Positions 63,603 through 64,000 of a DNA stretch of 64,000 bases are shown piece after piece. Positions within the stretch are counted from its first letter, which is position 1; each line of letters begins with the position of its first letter. Origin of the DNA: Alphaproteobacteria bacterium (GTDB taxonomy: Bacteria; Pseudomonadota; Alphaproteobacteria; Rickettsiales; JABCZZ01); NCBI GenBank assembly GCA_013288335.1, contig JABDCC010000005.1, positions 1,313 through 65,312 on the forward strand, in the 5' to 3' direction. The translations under genes and the position numbers were made by a program. The notes under the pieces are model-generated. The model saw nothing but the letters and a program-made list of their open reading frames with translations, had not been told where the DNA came from and made no database searches.

Positions 63603-64000
63603 CTAGTTGCCATTGAGCAATTTCTCAATTTCTTCCTGGGACAGAGCTTTTTCAGGTTGGGGAGGAACATCCGCGGGATTGGGTGGCGTATTTTCTGTCA
63701 CCGGCGGTTTTATATCTTGATCATTATAGGCTACGGTCGCCATTGTTTTTACTTTAGAAGGAATGATTTCATCAAATCCGTCACCCTGCACATCCTGACC
63801 CGCCGCCTGATCGGTAGTTGGTATTTCCTCCGTGGGACGCTTTGCCTCCATGGCAGCATTGGCCTCCTGCAGGCTTTTCATGATTGTGTCTAAATCATTA
63901 GCAGAAATTACCGGATTCTTGCGGTGCTTAAGCTGTTCTGCCGGATCTTCGTCATCGGGCAACCCCGAATTCTCATCCTTCGGCAACAACCTGTCATCAA
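63603..64000 (-). CDS. hypothetical acidic, proline-rich protein (5' end probably outside the window)
   Basis: The reading frame stays open upstream of the TTG at 63989 to the window edge. The sequence is low-complexity, acidic and Pro-rich, with no recognised domain. Confidence 0.45.
   Translation of the reverse strand, partial: DDRLLPKDENSGLPDDEDPAEQLKHRKNPVISANDLDTIMKSLQEANAAMEAKRPTEEIPTTDQAAGQDVQGDGFDEIIPSKVKTMATVAYNDQDIKPPVTENTPPNPADVPPQPEKALSQEEIEKLLNGN

Noticed and set aside
1-64000. I looked for CRISPR arrays, IS elements, integrases, transposases, rRNA and prophage genes.
   Set aside because: Reading both strands and the ORF track, I saw no regularly spaced repeat array, no transposase- or integrase-like ORF and no rRNA-like sequence. 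The only repeat of note is the 25-nt tRNA-Lys duplicate.

Overview
The window is about 64 kb and densely coding, with roughly 65 CDS, 3 tRNAs and short intergenic gaps. Gene content looks alphaproteobacterial: short ProS without an editing insertion, the DapD/DapE succinylase route, scoAB, a DUF465 protein, a multi-SPOR protein and a giant AsmA/YhdP-like protein. This placement comes from gene content only, since no database search was possible.

The housekeeping backbone comprises pyrD, mreD-mrdA, scoAB, lipB, dgt, uvrA, ftsK, rfbACD and rfbB, exbB-exbD-exbD-tonB, trmD-rplS, leuCD-leuB, asd, coaD, mazG, fdxA, rplU-rpmA, proS, mce, dapDE, rpe and ilvD. Patches that look more A+T-rich by eye interrupt this backbone and encode ORFans or host-interaction-type proteins.

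Notable items, in rough order of interest:
- A five-gene same-strand ORFan cluster (43998-47803) encodes paralogous proteins built from repeated 'aromatic/basic + glycine-zipper hydrophobic hairpin' modules. Two conserved C-terminal peptide motifs are shared pairwise. I recognise no characterised family for it.
- A ribonuclease-inhibitor-type LRR protein and a secreted ankyrin-repeat protein sit next to tRNA-Lys. The last 25 nt of that tRNA are duplicated 80 bp downstream, which looks like an att-like scar.
- An operon-like block adjacent to tRNA-Asn (57702-63586) contains a GT2-SDR fusion, an ORFan, a half-size phytochelatin-synthase-like protein and a polytopic spermidine-synthase-like protein.
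- A 627-653 aa ORFan splits the rfb genes.

No CRISPR array, integrase, transposase or rRNA was seen.
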